Shown piece after piece: positions 31,336-42,264 of a stretch of 64,000 nucleotides of DNA (within the stretch, counting starts at the first letter, position 1; each line of letters opens with the position of its first letter). The notes beneath the pieces were generated by a model. It searched no databases. It was not told the origin of the DNA and saw nothing but the letters and a program-made list of their open reading frames with translations. Made by a program: the position numbers and the translations under genes. The stretch covers positions 128,001 through 192,000 of the forward strand of contig CAWBKP010000020.1 of NCBI GenBank assembly GCA_963789395.1. Direction: 5' to 3'. Source of the stretch: an uncultured delta proteobacterium (GTDB taxonomy: Bacteria > Desulfobacterota > Desulfobacteria > Desulfobacterales > Desulfatirhabdiaceae).

Positions 31336-33426
31336 ATGGAAGTTGTTCTCGAAGCAACACTCGGGGATAAACCGTTAAGCATTCAAACCGGAAAAGTCGC
31401 CAAACAGGCTTCAGGCGCCGTGGTGGTGCAGTACGGGGAGACCATCGTCCTGGTGACCGTGGTTTCGTCCAACGACAGCACCGGCGGGGATTTTCTGCCG
31501 TTAACGGTTGAATATATGGAAAAAATATATGCCGCGGGACGGATCCCCGGAAATTATTTCCGCCGTGAAATCGGAAGGGGCAGTGAAAAGGAAACCCTTA
31601 CAGCCAGACTGATTGACAGGCCGATCCGGCCGCTTTTCCCAAAAGGATACAATTTTGAAACCCAGGTCATTGCAACGGTCCTGTCCATGGATCAGGAAAA
31701 TGACCCGGACACCCTGGCCATGATCGGCGCGTCGGCCGCGCTGGGCCTGTCCGATATTCCGTTTGAAGGCCCGATCGCCTGTGTCCGGGTGGGCCGTATC
31801 GACGGTCAGCTGGTCATCAACCCGCCCCTGAAACAATTCGACGCCTGCGACATCAATATCATCGTTGCCGGATCCGCCACCGGCGTTGTCATGGTGGAAG
31901 GCAGCGGGAATATCGTGAGCGAGGCGGATATGCTCGATGCCATTTTCTTCGGTCATCAGGCCATGCAGCCGGTCATTGAAATTCAGAAGCAACTTCGGGA
32001 ACGCTGTGGAAAAACAAAGCGTGCGTTTTCCATGCCAGAAAAAGATGCGGCGCTGGTTGAAAAAGTCGAATCACTGGCTACCCAGCGTATCAAAGACGCA
32101 CTGGGCGTTACCGATAAAATCGAGCGCTATGCCGCGATTCGCGCAGCCAAATCCGAGGTGATGACAGCGCTTGGCGAAGCGTTTATTGACCGGAAAGAAG
32201 AAGTTTCGGAGATTTTTCAGAGCATTCAGAAAGCCATCAGCCGGAACCTGATTTTAAAAGAAGGCCGGCGTATCGACAACCGGAAATTCGACGAAATCCG
32301 TCCCATTACCTGTGAAATCGGCATTCTTCCCAGACCCCACGGCAGTGCGCTGTTTACCCGGGGCGAAACCCAGGTTCTCGGGGTGCTGACCCTTGGCTCC
32401 GGACAGGACGAGCAGCGGGTGGAAACCTTGACCGGTGAAGAATCCAGGCCGTTCATGCTCCATTACAATTTCCCGCCGTATTCCGTGGGAGAGGTCAAGA
32501 GACTTTCTGGCCCCAGCCGCCGGGACATCGGCCACGGCGGTCTGTCGACCCGGGCCCTTGAAAAAGTGCTGCCGGCCAAAGCCGATTTTGATTACACCAT
32601 CCGCATTGTCTCTGAGGTTCTGGAGTCCAATGGATCCTCATCCATGGGGACGGTGTGCGCCGGAACCCTGGCCATGATGGACGGCGGTATTCCCATCAAG
32701 GCGCCCGTTGCCGGAATCGCCATGGGACTGGTCAAGGACGGGGAAACCGTGGTCATTTTATCGGATATCCTCGGGGATGAAGATCATACCGGAGATATGG
32801 ATTTTAAGGTTGCCGGCACCAGCGAAGGCATCACCGCCCTTCAGATGGACATAAAAATTCACGAGCTTCCCAAGGAAATTGTGGGAAAAGCACTGGAACA
32901 GGCCCGATCCGGCAGGCTCCATATTCTGGGCAAGATGCTGGAGGCGCTTGACAAGCCGCGGGAAGAAATTTCCCAGTACGCTCCGGCCATCGTGACGATC
33001 AAGATCAATCCGGACAAGATCCGGGATATCATCGGCCCGGGCGGGAAAATGATTCGCTCGATTCAAAGTGAAACCAACACCCGCGTGGAAATCGATGATA
33101 CGGGGCTTGTAAAGATCGCCGCGATTTCAAAGGCCGAAGGTGATGCCGCCATGGCGCTCATTCAAGGGATTGTCATGGAGCCGGAAGTCGGGCGCATCTA
33201 CGAGGGGACGGTTGTCAAGGTCATGGATTTTGGTGCGTTTGTCCAGATTTCTCCGGGGACCGATGGCCTGGTTCACATTTCCCAGCTCTCCACCCGAAGG
33301 GTGACAAAGGTCACGGACGTGGTCAAGGAAGGCGATACGCTCAAGGTAAAAGTGCTGGAGATATCCCGTGACGGAAAGATCCGGCTGAGCCATAAGGCGG
33401 TTCTGGAAGAGGAAACCCCGAGTTGA
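31336..33426 (+). CDS. pnp: Polyribonucleotide nucleotidyltransferase
   Basis: [37 protein letters not shown] and S1 domains. Confidence 0.98.
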   Translation: MEVVLEATLGDKPLSIQTGKVAKQASGAVVVQYGETIVLVTVVSSNDSTGGDFLPLTVEYMEKIYAAGRIPGNYFRREIGRGSEKETLTARLIDRPIRPLFPKGYNFETQVIATVLSMDQENDPDTLAMIGASAALGLSDIPFEGPIACVRVGRIDGQLVINPPLKQFDACDINIIVAGSATGVVMVEGSGNIVSEADMLDAIFFGHQAMQPVIEIQKQLRERCGKTKRAFSMPEKDAALVEKVESLATQRIKDALGVTDKIERYAAIRAAKSEVMTALGEAFIDRKEEVSEIFQSIQKAISRNLILKEGRRIDNRKFDEIRPITCEIGILPRPHGSALFTRGETQVLGVLTLGSGQDEQRVETLTGEESRPFMLHYNFPPYSVGEVKRLSGPSRRDIGHGGLSTRALEKVLPAKADFDYTIRIVSEVLESNGSSSMGTVCAGTLAMMDGGIPIKAPVAGIAMGLVKDGETVVILSDILGDEDHTGDMDFKVAGTSEGITALQMDIKIHELPKEIVGKALEQARSGRLHILGKMLEALDKPREEISQYAPAIVTIKINPDKIRDIIGPGGKMIRSIQSETNTRVEIDDTGLVKIAAISKAEGDAAMALIQGIVMEPEVGRIYEGTVVKVMDFGAFVQISPGTDGLVHISQLSTRRVTKVTDVVKEGDTLKVKVLEISRDGKIRLSHKAVLEEETPS

Positions 33427-34706
33427 AATCAGAAGACAGCATCGAAAAAACCCTTTTAACAAACGGTGTTCGCATCCTCTCTCAGAGAATGCCGCACGTT
33501 CAGTCCGTGTCCATGGGAGTCTGGGTCAATATCGGCTCCCGGGACGAGACCGATGCCGAAAACGGGTTGTCTCATTTTATCGAGCACATGATGTTTAAAG
33601 GCACGCAGAAGCGTTCGGCTTTTGAAATAGCCAAAGCATTTGATGCCATCGGCGGATATACCAACGCCTTTACATCCATGGAAAATACCTGTTACCATGC
33701 CAAGGTCATGGCAAATCATCTGGAAACCATGTCCGAAATTCTGACGGATATTTTTCTCAATTCCCTGTTCGACGATGCTGAAATCGAAAAAGAACGGCCG
33801 GTCATCTTTCAGGAAATCGGCATGCTGGAAGATACGCCGGATGAATACGTGCACCAGTTGGCAGCCCAATCGTTCTGGAAGGATAATTCTCTGGGAAGAT
33901 CGATCCTGGGCACCCGCGAAAACATTCTGCAATTTGATTCCAAAACCATTCGAAGTTTTTTTGAACGCCTCTACCAGCCGGATCGGATTGTGGTGACTGC
34001 CGTCGGAAATATCGATCACGAATATCTTGTTGATCTGGCCCGCCCGGCATTTGAAGCCGTTCCGGCCGGAAATCCCGTTCCGGCCCGTGAAATGCCGCAA
34101 GGCCATTCCAATGCGGGCCAAAAGATTTACAGGCACCCAAAAGACATCGAACAGGCGCATATCTGCCTGAACGCGCCGGGATTGCCCACAACAGATCCCA
34201 GGCGGTATGTTTCGTCCCTGATGAACACCATTCTGGGCGGAAACATGAGCTCGCGGCTGTTTCAGCAGATCCGTGAAGATCGGGGCCTGGCGTATTCGGT
34301 TTACTCGTTTGCCTCTTCTTTTGTGGACACGGGCATGTCCGGAGCATATGCCGGCGTGGATCCGGTTCATGCTTTTGAAACCGTGGAACTCATCATGAGT
34401 TCCCTGCAGAGCCTTAAAGACAGCCCGGTAACAGAAGATGAACTCCACCATGCCAAAGAGTTTACCAAGGGGAATCTGCTCATGGCGTCTGAAAGCAATG
34501 AAAACCAGATGGCGCGACTGGCCCAGGGTGAATTTCATTTTGGACGCTATACCCCGCTTAAGGAGATTCTGGACGAGATCGACCGGGTTACCCCTTCGGA
34601 TATCCGGATGCTTGCCGAAGAGATTTTCCAAAAGAATAAGATGACCCTGACGCTTTACGGGCCGGTGCAGGAATCGTCTCAATTTGAACAGCTCATGACG
34701 GCATGA
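33423..34706 (+). CDS. M16 (pitrilysin) family zinc peptidase
   Basis: HFIEH (HxxEH), [26 protein letters not shown]. Confidence 0.93.
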   Translation: MKSEDSIEKTLLTNGVRILSQRMPHVQSVSMGVWVNIGSRDETDAENGLSHFIEHMMFKGTQKRSAFEIAKAFDAIGGYTNAFTSMENTCYHAKVMANHLETMSEILTDIFLNSLFDDAEIEKERPVIFQEIGMLEDTPDEYVHQLAAQSFWKDNSLGRSILGTRENILQFDSKTIRSFFERLYQPDRIVVTAVGNIDHEYLVDLARPAFEAVPAGNPVPAREMPQGHSNAGQKIYRHPKDIEQAHICLNAPGLPTTDPRRYVSSLMNTILGGNMSSRLFQQIREDRGLAYSVYSFASSFVDTGMSGAYAGVDPVHAFETVELIMSSLQSLKDSPVTEDELHHAKEFTKGNLLMASESNENQMARLAQGEFHFGRYTPLKEILDEIDRVTPSDIRMLAEEIFQKNKMTLTLYGPVQESSQFEQLMTA

Positions 34707-34732
34707 CGGCAGGTTTTAAATGGAAGTGATTC

Positions 34733-35197
34733 ATGAACACTGAATCCCCGCCGATCATCCGATTTTGTCGGGTCGATCCGACGGCCAGCGCGGATATTCC
34801 GTTGCCCCGCTATATGACGCCTCAAGCTGCCGGTATGGATCTGCATGCGGCTGTAACGCAGGATCTGATCGTTGAGCCAGGAGCCATTCACCTGGTTCCA
34901 ACCGGATTGATGATGGCCATTCCAAACGGCTATGAGGCCCAGATCCGGCCGCGAAGCGGGCTTGCCGTAAAGCACGGGATCGGGCTGATTAATTCGCCGG
35001 GAACCATTGATGCGGATTACCGCGGAGAAATCCGGGTGGCGGTGATCAATCTGGGAAAACACGCATACACAATCCGGCGGGGCGACCGGATCGCCCAGAT
35101 GATCATTCACCGGGCGTATCAGGCAGAACTTGAAGAAGTCAGTTTTCTGGATGAAACCAGCCGGAATGCCGGCGGTTTCGGCCATACGGGAAAGTAG
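34733..35197 (+). CDS. dut: dUTP diphosphatase
   Basis: [34 protein letters not shown]. Confidence 0.97.
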   Translation: MNTESPPIIRFCRVDPTASADIPLPRYMTPQAAGMDLHAAVTQDLIVEPGAIHLVPTGLMMAIPNGYEAQIRPRSGLAVKHGIGLINSPGTIDADYRGEIRVAVINLGKHAYTIRRGDRIAQMIIHRAYQAELEEVSFLDETSRNAGGFGHTGK

Positions 35198-35223
35198 CAA
35201 GGATGATAGTGCAATGCAGGTAG

Positions 35224-36075
35224 ATGATGTCTGACAATCCGGAGTTGTCGTCAAATCCATCAGCCCCGCAGGAACCCGCCATTTCCCTTTGCATGCTGGC
35301 CAGCGGCAGCAAGGGAAATTCCATTTACGTATCGGACGGCCGCACCGCCATTCTTGTGGATGCCGGACTTTCCGGAATCGAAATCGAACGCCGGATGAAA
35401 ACCAGGGGACTTTGCCCCGAATCCCTCAATGGGATTGTCGTCTCTCATGAACATGAGGACCACATTCGGGGTGTGGGTGTCCTTTCCCGGCGTTATGGCC
35501 TTCCCGTGTATATCAGCTCAAAAACGGCAGCCGCCGCGCCTCAGTTAAAACACCTGAAGCAATCAATTGGTTTTAATTGCGGTACATCTTTTCAAATCAA
35601 TACGCTGACTGTCCATCCGTTTTCGATTTCCCATGATGCCGTGGATCCGGCCGGGTTTACGATTGCGCTGAACCAGAAAAAAATCGGCATCGCAACCGAT
35701 CTGGGAATTGCAACGGCAATGGTCAGGCATCATCTGCAATCGTGCGATCTGCTGATTCTTGAAGCCAATCATGACCCGGAAATGCTGATCAGCGGCCCGT
35801 ATCCCTGGCAGTTAAAACAGCGGGTCAACGGCAGAACCGGGCATCTGTCCAATCAGGATTCCCGCATGCTGCTTGAACAAATACAGCACGATCAGCTTCA
35901 GCACGTCATTCTGGCCCATTTAAGCGAAACCAATAATACGCCGGAAAAAGCCCTGGCGGAAGTCTGCAGGGCCATCAATCCCCACCATACCCAATTGACC
36001 GTATCAACTCAGGATATCTGCAGCCAGCTTGTGCTGCTTCATTCATCACCATCTGAATCTTGTGGAGGTTTGTAA
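35224..36075 (+). CDS. MBL-fold metallo-hydrolase (YycJ/WalJ-like)
   Basis: LASGSKGN, SHEHEDH, SHDA, EANHD, GHLSN, HLSETNN. Confidence 0.9.
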   Translation: MMSDNPELSSNPSAPQEPAISLCMLASGSKGNSIYVSDGRTAILVDAGLSGIEIERRMKTRGLCPESLNGIVVSHEHEDHIRGVGVLSRRYGLPVYISSKTAAAAPQLKHLKQSIGFNCGTSFQINTLTVHPFSISHDAVDPAGFTIALNQKKIGIATDLGIATAMVRHHLQSCDLLILEANHDPEMLISGPYPWQLKQRVNGRTGHLSNQDSRMLLEQIQHDQLQHVILAHLSETNNTPEKALAEVCRAINPHHTQLTVSTQDICSQLVLLHSSPSESCGGL

Positions 36076-36908
36076 TGTTTAAAATTGTTCAACGCAAGGA
36101 AATGGCAGGCGGAACCATCGTCCTCAACGAAATCGAGGCGCCCCTGATTGCCAAAAAAGCAAAACCCGGACAGTTCGTGATCCTGAAGGCCAATGAAGCC
36201 GGTGAGCGCATTCCGCTGACGATGGCGGATACAAACCCGGAAAAAGGCACCATCACCATCATCTACATGGTGGTCGGAAAAGGCACGGCAGTGTTTAAAT
36301 CCTTGAAAGTCGGAGAAGGCTATCAGGATGTCATCGGCCCGCTGGGAAAGCCAACCCACCTTGAAAAGCTGGGAACGGTTGTGTGTGTGGGCGGCGGAAC
36401 GGGAATTGCCGTTCTGCATCCCATCACCCGGGGTCTGAAGCAAATCGGGAACAATGTCATCAGCATCATCGGCGCCCGAAGCAAGGACATCCTCATCCTG
36501 GAAGATGAGATGAACGCCGCTTCCCACAAGCTTCACGTGTGTACGGATGATGGGTCATACGGACATCACGGGTTTGTGACTGAAGTGCTCAAACAGGTGC
36601 TGGAAAAAGAAGATGTCAAGCTGGTGGTCGCCATCGGCCCGGTTCCGATGATGAAGTTCGTATCCAAAATCACCAAAGAATTTAATGTGCCGACCATGGT
36701 CAGCCTGAATCCGATAATGGTGGATGGAACCGGCATGTGCGGCGGATGCCGGGTTTCGGTCGGCGGCGAAACCAAATTCGCCTGTGTGGACGGCCCTGAA
36801 TTTGACGGACACAAGGTGGATTTCGATGAGCTGATGCTCCGGCTTCAGGCTTACTGCGAAGATGAAAAAAAATGCTATAACGATTATTGCACACTTCAGC
36901 AGGCATAA
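36075..36908 (+). CDS. nfnA: Electron-bifurcating transhydrogenase small subunit (NfnA/SudB-like)
   Basis: GERIPLT, GGGTGIA, MVDGTGMCGGCRV, ACVDGPEFDGH. Confidence 0.88.
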   Translation: MFKIVQRKEMAGGTIVLNEIEAPLIAKKAKPGQFVILKANEAGERIPLTMADTNPEKGTITIIYMVVGKGTAVFKSLKVGEGYQDVIGPLGKPTHLEKLGTVVCVGGGTGIAVLHPITRGLKQIGNNVISIIGARSKDILILEDEMNAASHKLHVCTDDGSYGHHGFVTEVLKQVLEKEDVKLVVAIGPVPMMKFVSKITKEFNVPTMVSLNPIMVDGTGMCGGCRVSVGGETKFACVDGPEFDGHKVDFDELMLRLQAYCEDEKKCYNDYCTLQQA

Positions 36909-37049
36909 TTAACGAAACGGGTTCGAACCTGGAAACACAACGACCGGGCGTAAGGGGTTGAGATGCATACCGGTCTGTATCCTGAGTTGAAAACAGATCT
37001 TGAACCCGACAGTGATCACCAGAATCATCTCAATTCCTTGGAGGATATG

Positions 37050-38462
37050 ATGGCGGAAAAAACAGATACAAAAAAAACGACTCCCCGGCAGGCCATGCCG
37101 GAGCAGAAACCAGAAATCAGAAGACGAAATTTTCAGGAAGTTCCCCTGGGCTACACCATGGAACAGGCAATGACGGAAGCCAGCAGATGTCTTCAATGCA
37201 AAAAACCCGGCTGCGTAGAAGGTTGTCCGGTGGGCGTGGATATCCCCGGGTTCATCAATCTGATTACCAAAGGGGATATGACCGGCGCCATCCGCAATTT
37301 GTGGGGTAAGAACAGCCTTCCGGCTGTCTGCGGCCGGGTATGTCCCCAGGAGATCCAGTGCGAAGGACTCTGCGTCTTGGGAAAAAAAGGGGACGCGGTT
37401 GCCATTGGAAACCTGGAACGGTTTGCAGCGGACTACGAGCGCATGCACGGCACCGGCGAGCTTCCGCCCAGGGAGAAACCGACCGGAAAAAAGATTGCCG
37501 TTGTGGGATCCGGACCATCAGGGCTCACGGTGGCGGGCGATCTGGTCCGAAAAGGCCATGAGGTGACGGTGCTGGAAGCCTTTCACAAACCCGGCGGTGT
37601 TCTGGTTTACGGCATTCCGGAATTCAGGCTTCCCAAGGAAATCGTTTTTTCTGAAGTGGCGTTTCTGGAAAAACTTGGCGCCAAAGTGGAATGCAATCAG
37701 GTGGTGGGAAGGACCGTGTCCCTGGATGAGCTCTTTGAAGAAGGCTACGATGCGGTTTATCTGGGGGTGGGCGCAGGCCTTCCCAAATTCATGAACATCC
37801 CGGGAGAAAACCTGATCGGGATTCTTTCCGCCAATGAATATCTCACCCGGGCCAACCTCATGAAGGCCTACCTGTTTCCGGAAGTGGACACCCCGATTCC
37901 CCGCGGCAAGAACGTCGTGGTTCTGGGTGCCGGAAACGTGGCCATGGACTCTGCACGAACCGCCATGCGCCTTGGCGCGGACAGCGTCCGCATCGTCTAT
38001 CGCCGGTCCCGCGATGAGATGCCGGCAAGAAAGGCCGAAATCCATCATGCGGACGAAGAAGGCATTGAATTTTTTCTTCTGACCGCGCCCACCCGTTTTA
38101 TCGGGGATGAAAAGGGCCGGCTGACCGGTATGGAATGCCTCAAGATGGAACTGGGTGAGCCGGATGCATCCGGCAGAAGACGGCCCATTCCGGTTAAGGG
38201 GTCGGAGTTCATGATGGACACCGATCTGGTGATTGTTGCCGTGGGTGCCGGCGCCAACCCGCTGCTGACCCAGACGACCCCGGATCTGGCCCTTAACAAG
38301 TGGGGATACATCACCGCGGATCCCGAAACCGGAAAAACCACCAAAAGAGGGGTCTGGGCCGGAGGCGACATCGTTACGGGGTCCGCCACCGTTATTCTGG
38401 CCATGGGCGCCGGCAGAAAGGCCGCCGACTCCATTGACAATTACCTGAAATGGGGATGGTAG
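37050..38462 (+). CDS. nfnB: Electron-bifurcating transhydrogenase large subunit (NfnB/SudA, GltD-like)
   Basis: RCLQCKKPGCVEGCPV, CGRVCPQEIQCE, GSGPSG, YGIPEFRLPK, AGGDIVTG; adjacent to nfnA. Confidence 0.88.
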   Translation: MAEKTDTKKTTPRQAMPEQKPEIRRRNFQEVPLGYTMEQAMTEASRCLQCKKPGCVEGCPVGVDIPGFINLITKGDMTGAIRNLWGKNSLPAVCGRVCPQEIQCEGLCVLGKKGDAVAIGNLERFAADYERMHGTGELPPREKPTGKKIAVVGSGPSGLTVAGDLVRKGHEVTVLEAFHKPGGVLVYGIPEFRLPKEIVFSEVAFLEKLGAKVECNQVVGRTVSLDELFEEGYDAVYLGVGAGLPKFMNIPGENLIGILSANEYLTRANLMKAYLFPEVDTPIPRGKNVVVLGAGNVAMDSARTAMRLGADSVRIVYRRSRDEMPARKAEIHHADEEGIEFFLLTAPTRFIGDEKGRLTGMECLKMELGEPDASGRRRPIPVKGSEFMMDTDLVIVAVGAGANPLLTQTTPDLALNKWGYITADPETGKTTKRGVWAGGDIVTGSATVILAMGAGRKAADSIDNYLKWGW

Positions 38463-38590
38463 CCGATTCGGCCTTCACATTTTTCCCCTCAGGGAATTTT
38501 GGTGGGCCGCCGAAGTGGATTTTATCAGCGTTTGCAGTATAACCAAATGCAGTCGGGTTTTCAGATCTGATGCGTTGATTTTTTTCTTGT

Positions 38591-38626
38591 AACTCCCTAT
38601 CCCGAATACCGGAATAGGGAGTTTTT
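38591..38626. terminator. Hairpin between convergent nfnB and the XRE regulator
   Basis: AACTCCCTAT...ATAGGGAGTT followed by a T run. Confidence 0.6.
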
Positions 38627-39944
38627 ATTTGACGGTGACCCACAGCAGGCGGGCAGTCTCCGGACCGGGATTGACCCACTTGCCGGGTGTTTCAGAAGTC
38701 AGGTAGACCAGTTCTCCGGGGTTGAGGGTGTAGTCTGTTGAATTAACGGTCAGGTGAATCTGGCCGGATAGCAGATAACCGAATTCCTGTCCTTTGTGGG
38801 CAAAAAAGTGGGACTGAAGCGTTAAGCCCGGGGGGATTTCAATCAGGTACGGTTCGGCATCGGTATCCATTTTCTGCGGAATCAACCGTTTTCCCGCAAC
38901 CTGAGTCAGGGGAAACCCTGGAGATCTTACTTCGGCGGCATCTCCGGACGTAAAATGGATTTTTTTTCCGGTCACCTTGGGATCCTGAAAAAGCTGACCC
39001 ACTTCAATATCCAGCACGTCGGCAAGCTTTAGCAATGCCGGAAGCGATGGGTATATCAGGTTGCCTTCCACCTGGGAAATGGTGCTGGCCGTAACACCGA
39101 CCCGCCTGGCCAGATCGCTCTGAGAAAGTCCCTGCAGGGTGCGTAATTCCTTCAGCCGGCTTCCCACATCAATCCTGCTGACCGGATGTGATTCCGCTTC
39201 AAATGAGACATGCATATCCTTTGCCCAGTAGTCATAGGGAGTATTGGGCGAGGGAAGGTGCCGTTTTTCAGCCTTGATAAGGGTTAATGCGGTTTTGCCG
39301 CGTTTTACAGACAGATCGATCACTACCTGTGCGATCTGGTTGATCTGTGCCCGAAGCCGGGCGGAATGCGCCCGTTTTTCAATCAGCCAGTAAGCCACGG
39401 TATTCAGCTCATACAGTCTGGGGCAGGAGTGGGCATAAAAATTCAGAATCTGATCTTCGCCCTGCCATAATTCCTGCATGCCTGTCAGGCTTTCAAAAAT
39501 GAACCGGACATCTCCTTTTAGTTTGGCATGGACATTGTAAAAAATCTCCATCACGTTGTGTGTATTCTTGGGGTCTTCCACGCAAACAATCTGACACGGC
39601 CTGGGCGTTCCTTGATCTGCGTAGAATTTCAGAAAAATATCCGAGCCGGCGCCCTTGCCATAGGTGAAGCAGTCTATCAGAATCAGCCGGTCACTGGCTG
39701 CCAGTGGCCCCAGTTTGTCGAGAAGATTCTTGGGAGACCGGTCAAAACTGACATAGATCAAGTCTTTATTCTGGTACTGGGAAGACTTCAGGAAATTGTG
39801 GCAGAAAGCGCCGGCAAGACTTCCGGCATCGTCATACCAGATCACGTTGTCGCCGATAAAAAGCCCGCCCAGGAGTTCGTCCAGATACCGGATCCCCGTG
39901 GAGACGGCTGTGGCATTGTCGGGGCCAGGCGAATCTTCCATCAT
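38625..39944 (-). CDS. XRE/cupin transcriptional regulator with N-terminal degenerate KaiC/RecA-like domain
   Basis: STGIRYLDELLGG; HTH LSQSDLARRVGVTASTISQVE; cupin HKGQEFGYLLSG. Confidence 0.82.
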   Translation of the reverse strand: MMEDSPGPDNATAVSTGIRYLDELLGGLFIGDNVIWYDDAGSLAGAFCHNFLKSSQYQNKDLIYVSFDRSPKNLLDKLGPLAASDRLILIDCFTYGKGAGSDIFLKFYADQGTPRPCQIVCVEDPKNTHNVMEIFYNVHAKLKGDVRFIFESLTGMQELWQGEDQILNFYAHSCPRLYELNTVAYWLIEKRAHSARLRAQINQIAQVVIDLSVKRGKTALTLIKAEKRHLPSPNTPYDYWAKDMHVSFEAESHPVSRIDVGSRLKELRTLQGLSQSDLARRVGVTASTISQVEGNLIYPSLPALLKLADVLDIEVGQLFQDPKVTGKKIHFTSGDAAEVRSPGFPLTQVAGKRLIPQKMDTDAEPYLIEIPPGLTLQSHFFAHKGQEFGYLLSGQIHLTVNSTDYTLNPGELVYLTSETPGKWVNPGPETARLLWVTVK

Positions 39945-39959
39945 GGTGCACCTCGTTTA

Positions 39960-41182
39960 TTAATGATCCGTCAGGGAAAGCATGTTTTTATTGATGGCGA
40001 TGCTGTAGCGCGGCTGAAGCCATTCATGGTGTCCGCTTCGAAAGGGAACATATACCAGAGCAAACCGAAGCGCCTTGATGTGAATCTGCGGCAGTTTGGC
40101 AAAGCCGGTTTCAGCAGGTTTCATCATTCCTGCCAGCGTGGTTTTCAGGGTTTCAACGGCTTCGGTAACCGAAAGCGTAGCTGGATAAAGCGTTCCCGGC
40201 GGATTCCCGGCTTTCAGCCCATCCTGCGGCTGCGTCAGGTTCATGCGGATGGAAAGCGATAAAAATTCTTTGGGGCTCAGCTTGAACGCCAGGGACCAGA
40301 AATGAAACGGCACCTGGTTCCACCCCTTCTGCATCACCCGGGGCAGATTGGCCAGATGGACCAGATCCGCATAGGAAGACAGGGGAATCCCCGAAACTTC
40401 GGCGTTGATTCGCCAGAACGGCAGGAAAAGGTCTGCTTTGTCATCCGGGAAAAAGCTGATGGGAACCGGTTTCAGGCTGGTTCCAAGCGTCTGCCAGGCC
40501 GAATTGCAGTTGTTGCATGTCAGGACGACGGCATTTCGTTCTCCGGACAGGTCCCATCCGCAGGAAGGGCACTGGGCGGAGAGAAACTGCATTTGCCAGT
40601 CCGGCGGGCCGGATTCCGGCAGTTTGGTTATAAAAAACTCAGGCAGAGGACCTGAAACCGGACGATTCAAAACAGCGTCAACCACCTTTGCTGCGATATA
40701 AAACGGGGAATAGACCAGGCTGAGGACGTCGCCGACATGCGACTGGTGATAGACTTTCTGGCTGCTGTTTCCGTTTTAAAACGGACTTCCTGGCGCTTGA
40801 GAATGTCCTGGAGGGATAAAGCCGGCGCCAGAAACCGTCCGTGAGTTCGGGGCGAAACAAATGCCAGTCTCATGGCCTGTGCCCTTAACCCCATGGAAAC
40901 CGGAAAATACGGAGATTCAACAGCCTGATGGGTGACATCCACAAATTGATGCCGGATTTCGTTTTCGATGCAGCAGAACCGTGTTCCCCGGTATCGCCAG
41001 TAGGGAAAATACACAACCTCCCTTCCAGGAACGGGAACATGCGGCAGCACATAGCGAAAAACACCTTTGGGAAGCAGACAGGATTTGACCCGGCAGTACG
41101 GGCAGGTAAAGAGCCTGTCGGTTTCGTTCAGCACGGCCGGTGCACCGCACTGGTGGCACTGATAGTCGATAAGAAGGTCGAT
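39960..41182 (-). CDS. Multi-zinc-ribbon hypothetical protein; frameshift near 40765; apparent ATC start
   Basis: CHQC, CPYC, CPSC, CNNC; repeated YFPYW/FLPFW motifs; bridging frame QKVYHQSHVGDVLSLVYSPFY joins ORFs 40667..41134 and 39960..40685. Confidence 0.7.
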
Positions 41183-41194
41183 GGGCTGCTCCGG

Positions 41195-42250
41195 CTATTT
41201 TTTCTCGATCGTTGAATGGCCGCATTCCGGGCAGAACCTGTCTCCGGCGGTGAGCGGTTTTCCGCACTGCATGCAGGGGATATGGGTTTGCAGCGGGTGG
41301 CCGCACTGCGGACAGAATCTGGCATCCGCGGGTACGGTGTTCCGGCATTTCGGGCACGCAGTCCCTGTCTCCAGAGGCGCCCCTGACTGCTGCGGCTGCA
41401 TTCCCCCTGCGATGTAAGGCGCCATCATCCCGGGCATCATGAATCCGAGTCCGGTCCCCATGCCTGCGCCGGTCATGCTTTCGTTTTCCGCGGCTTTTTC
41501 AATGGCCATGGCGGTTTTCATCTGCATGAGTTTATTCATATCCTGAATAACCCCCATCCGGCTTCTGTCATCAATGGCCTGCTGGACTTCCTGCGGCGGG
41601 GTGATGGCGTTGATGAAAAGCTGATCGAGGGAAAGGCCGAAACGGGAAAAGTCATTTTTAAGCCGCACGGAAAGGGCTTCCGACATTTCGTCATATATGG
41701 CGGGAAGATTCAACAGGGTATCCAGGGTTTCACCCAGATAATCGTTCAGGCGGGACACGATCACCTGATTGAGATAATCTTCGATTGCTTCCGTGCCCAG
41801 AATTCCCTGGGTGCCGACCAGGGAATTGATGAAAAGGGCCGGCTTGATGACTTGCAGGTTAAACACTCCGAAGGCCCGCAGCCGGATGAGTCCAAGCTGG
41901 GAATCCTTGAAAGCCACGGGGTCCCGCGTGCCCCATTTGAGATTGGTGAATGTTTTCAGATTGACGAAATACACCTCGGCCCGAAGGGGGCTGGTCATTC
42001 CCCAGGGCGCGCTGAGGAGTTTGGTCAGTACCGGGATATTCAGGGTTTTCAGGGAATGACGGCCCGGCCCGAAGGCTGCCACAGCCTTGCCCTGGTAGAA
42101 AAAAACCGCTGCCTGGCTTTCCCGAACCGTCAGCTGCGCGCCGAACTTGATTTCACCGGAACCGCTTTCCGGAATGCGGTGGACGATTTCCCTGCCGGTT
42201 TCATCGAACCATTCGATGACTTCCAGAAAAACAACATTATTCGTGCCCAT
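41195..42250 (-). CDS. SPFH-domain (YdjI-like) protein with C-terminal double zinc ribbon
   Basis: GAQLTVRESQAAVFF, FGPGRH, AEVYFVN, KWGT; CPKC/CPQC/CMQC/CPEC. Confidence 0.9.
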   Translation of the reverse strand: MGTNNVVFLEVIEWFDETGREIVHRIPESGSGEIKFGAQLTVRESQAAVFFYQGKAVAAFGPGRHSLKTLNIPVLTKLLSAPWGMTSPLRAEVYFVNLKTFTNLKWGTRDPVAFKDSQLGLIRLRAFGVFNLQVIKPALFINSLVGTQGILGTEAIEDYLNQVIVSRLNDYLGETLDTLLNLPAIYDEMSEALSVRLKNDFSRFGLSLDQLFINAITPPQEVQQAIDDRSRMGVIQDMNKLMQMKTAMAIEKAAENESMTGAGMGTGLGFMMPGMMAPYIAGGMQPQQSGAPLETGTACPKCRNTVPADARFCPQCGHPLQTHIPCMQCGKPLTAGDRFCPECGHSTIEKK

Positions 42251-42264
42251 ATTGATCCTCCCGA

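Noticed and set aside
36075..38462. Glutamate synthase or dihydroorotate dehydrogenase annotation
   Set aside because: No gltB or pyrD nearby; the paired arrangement is the NfnAB/SudAB signature
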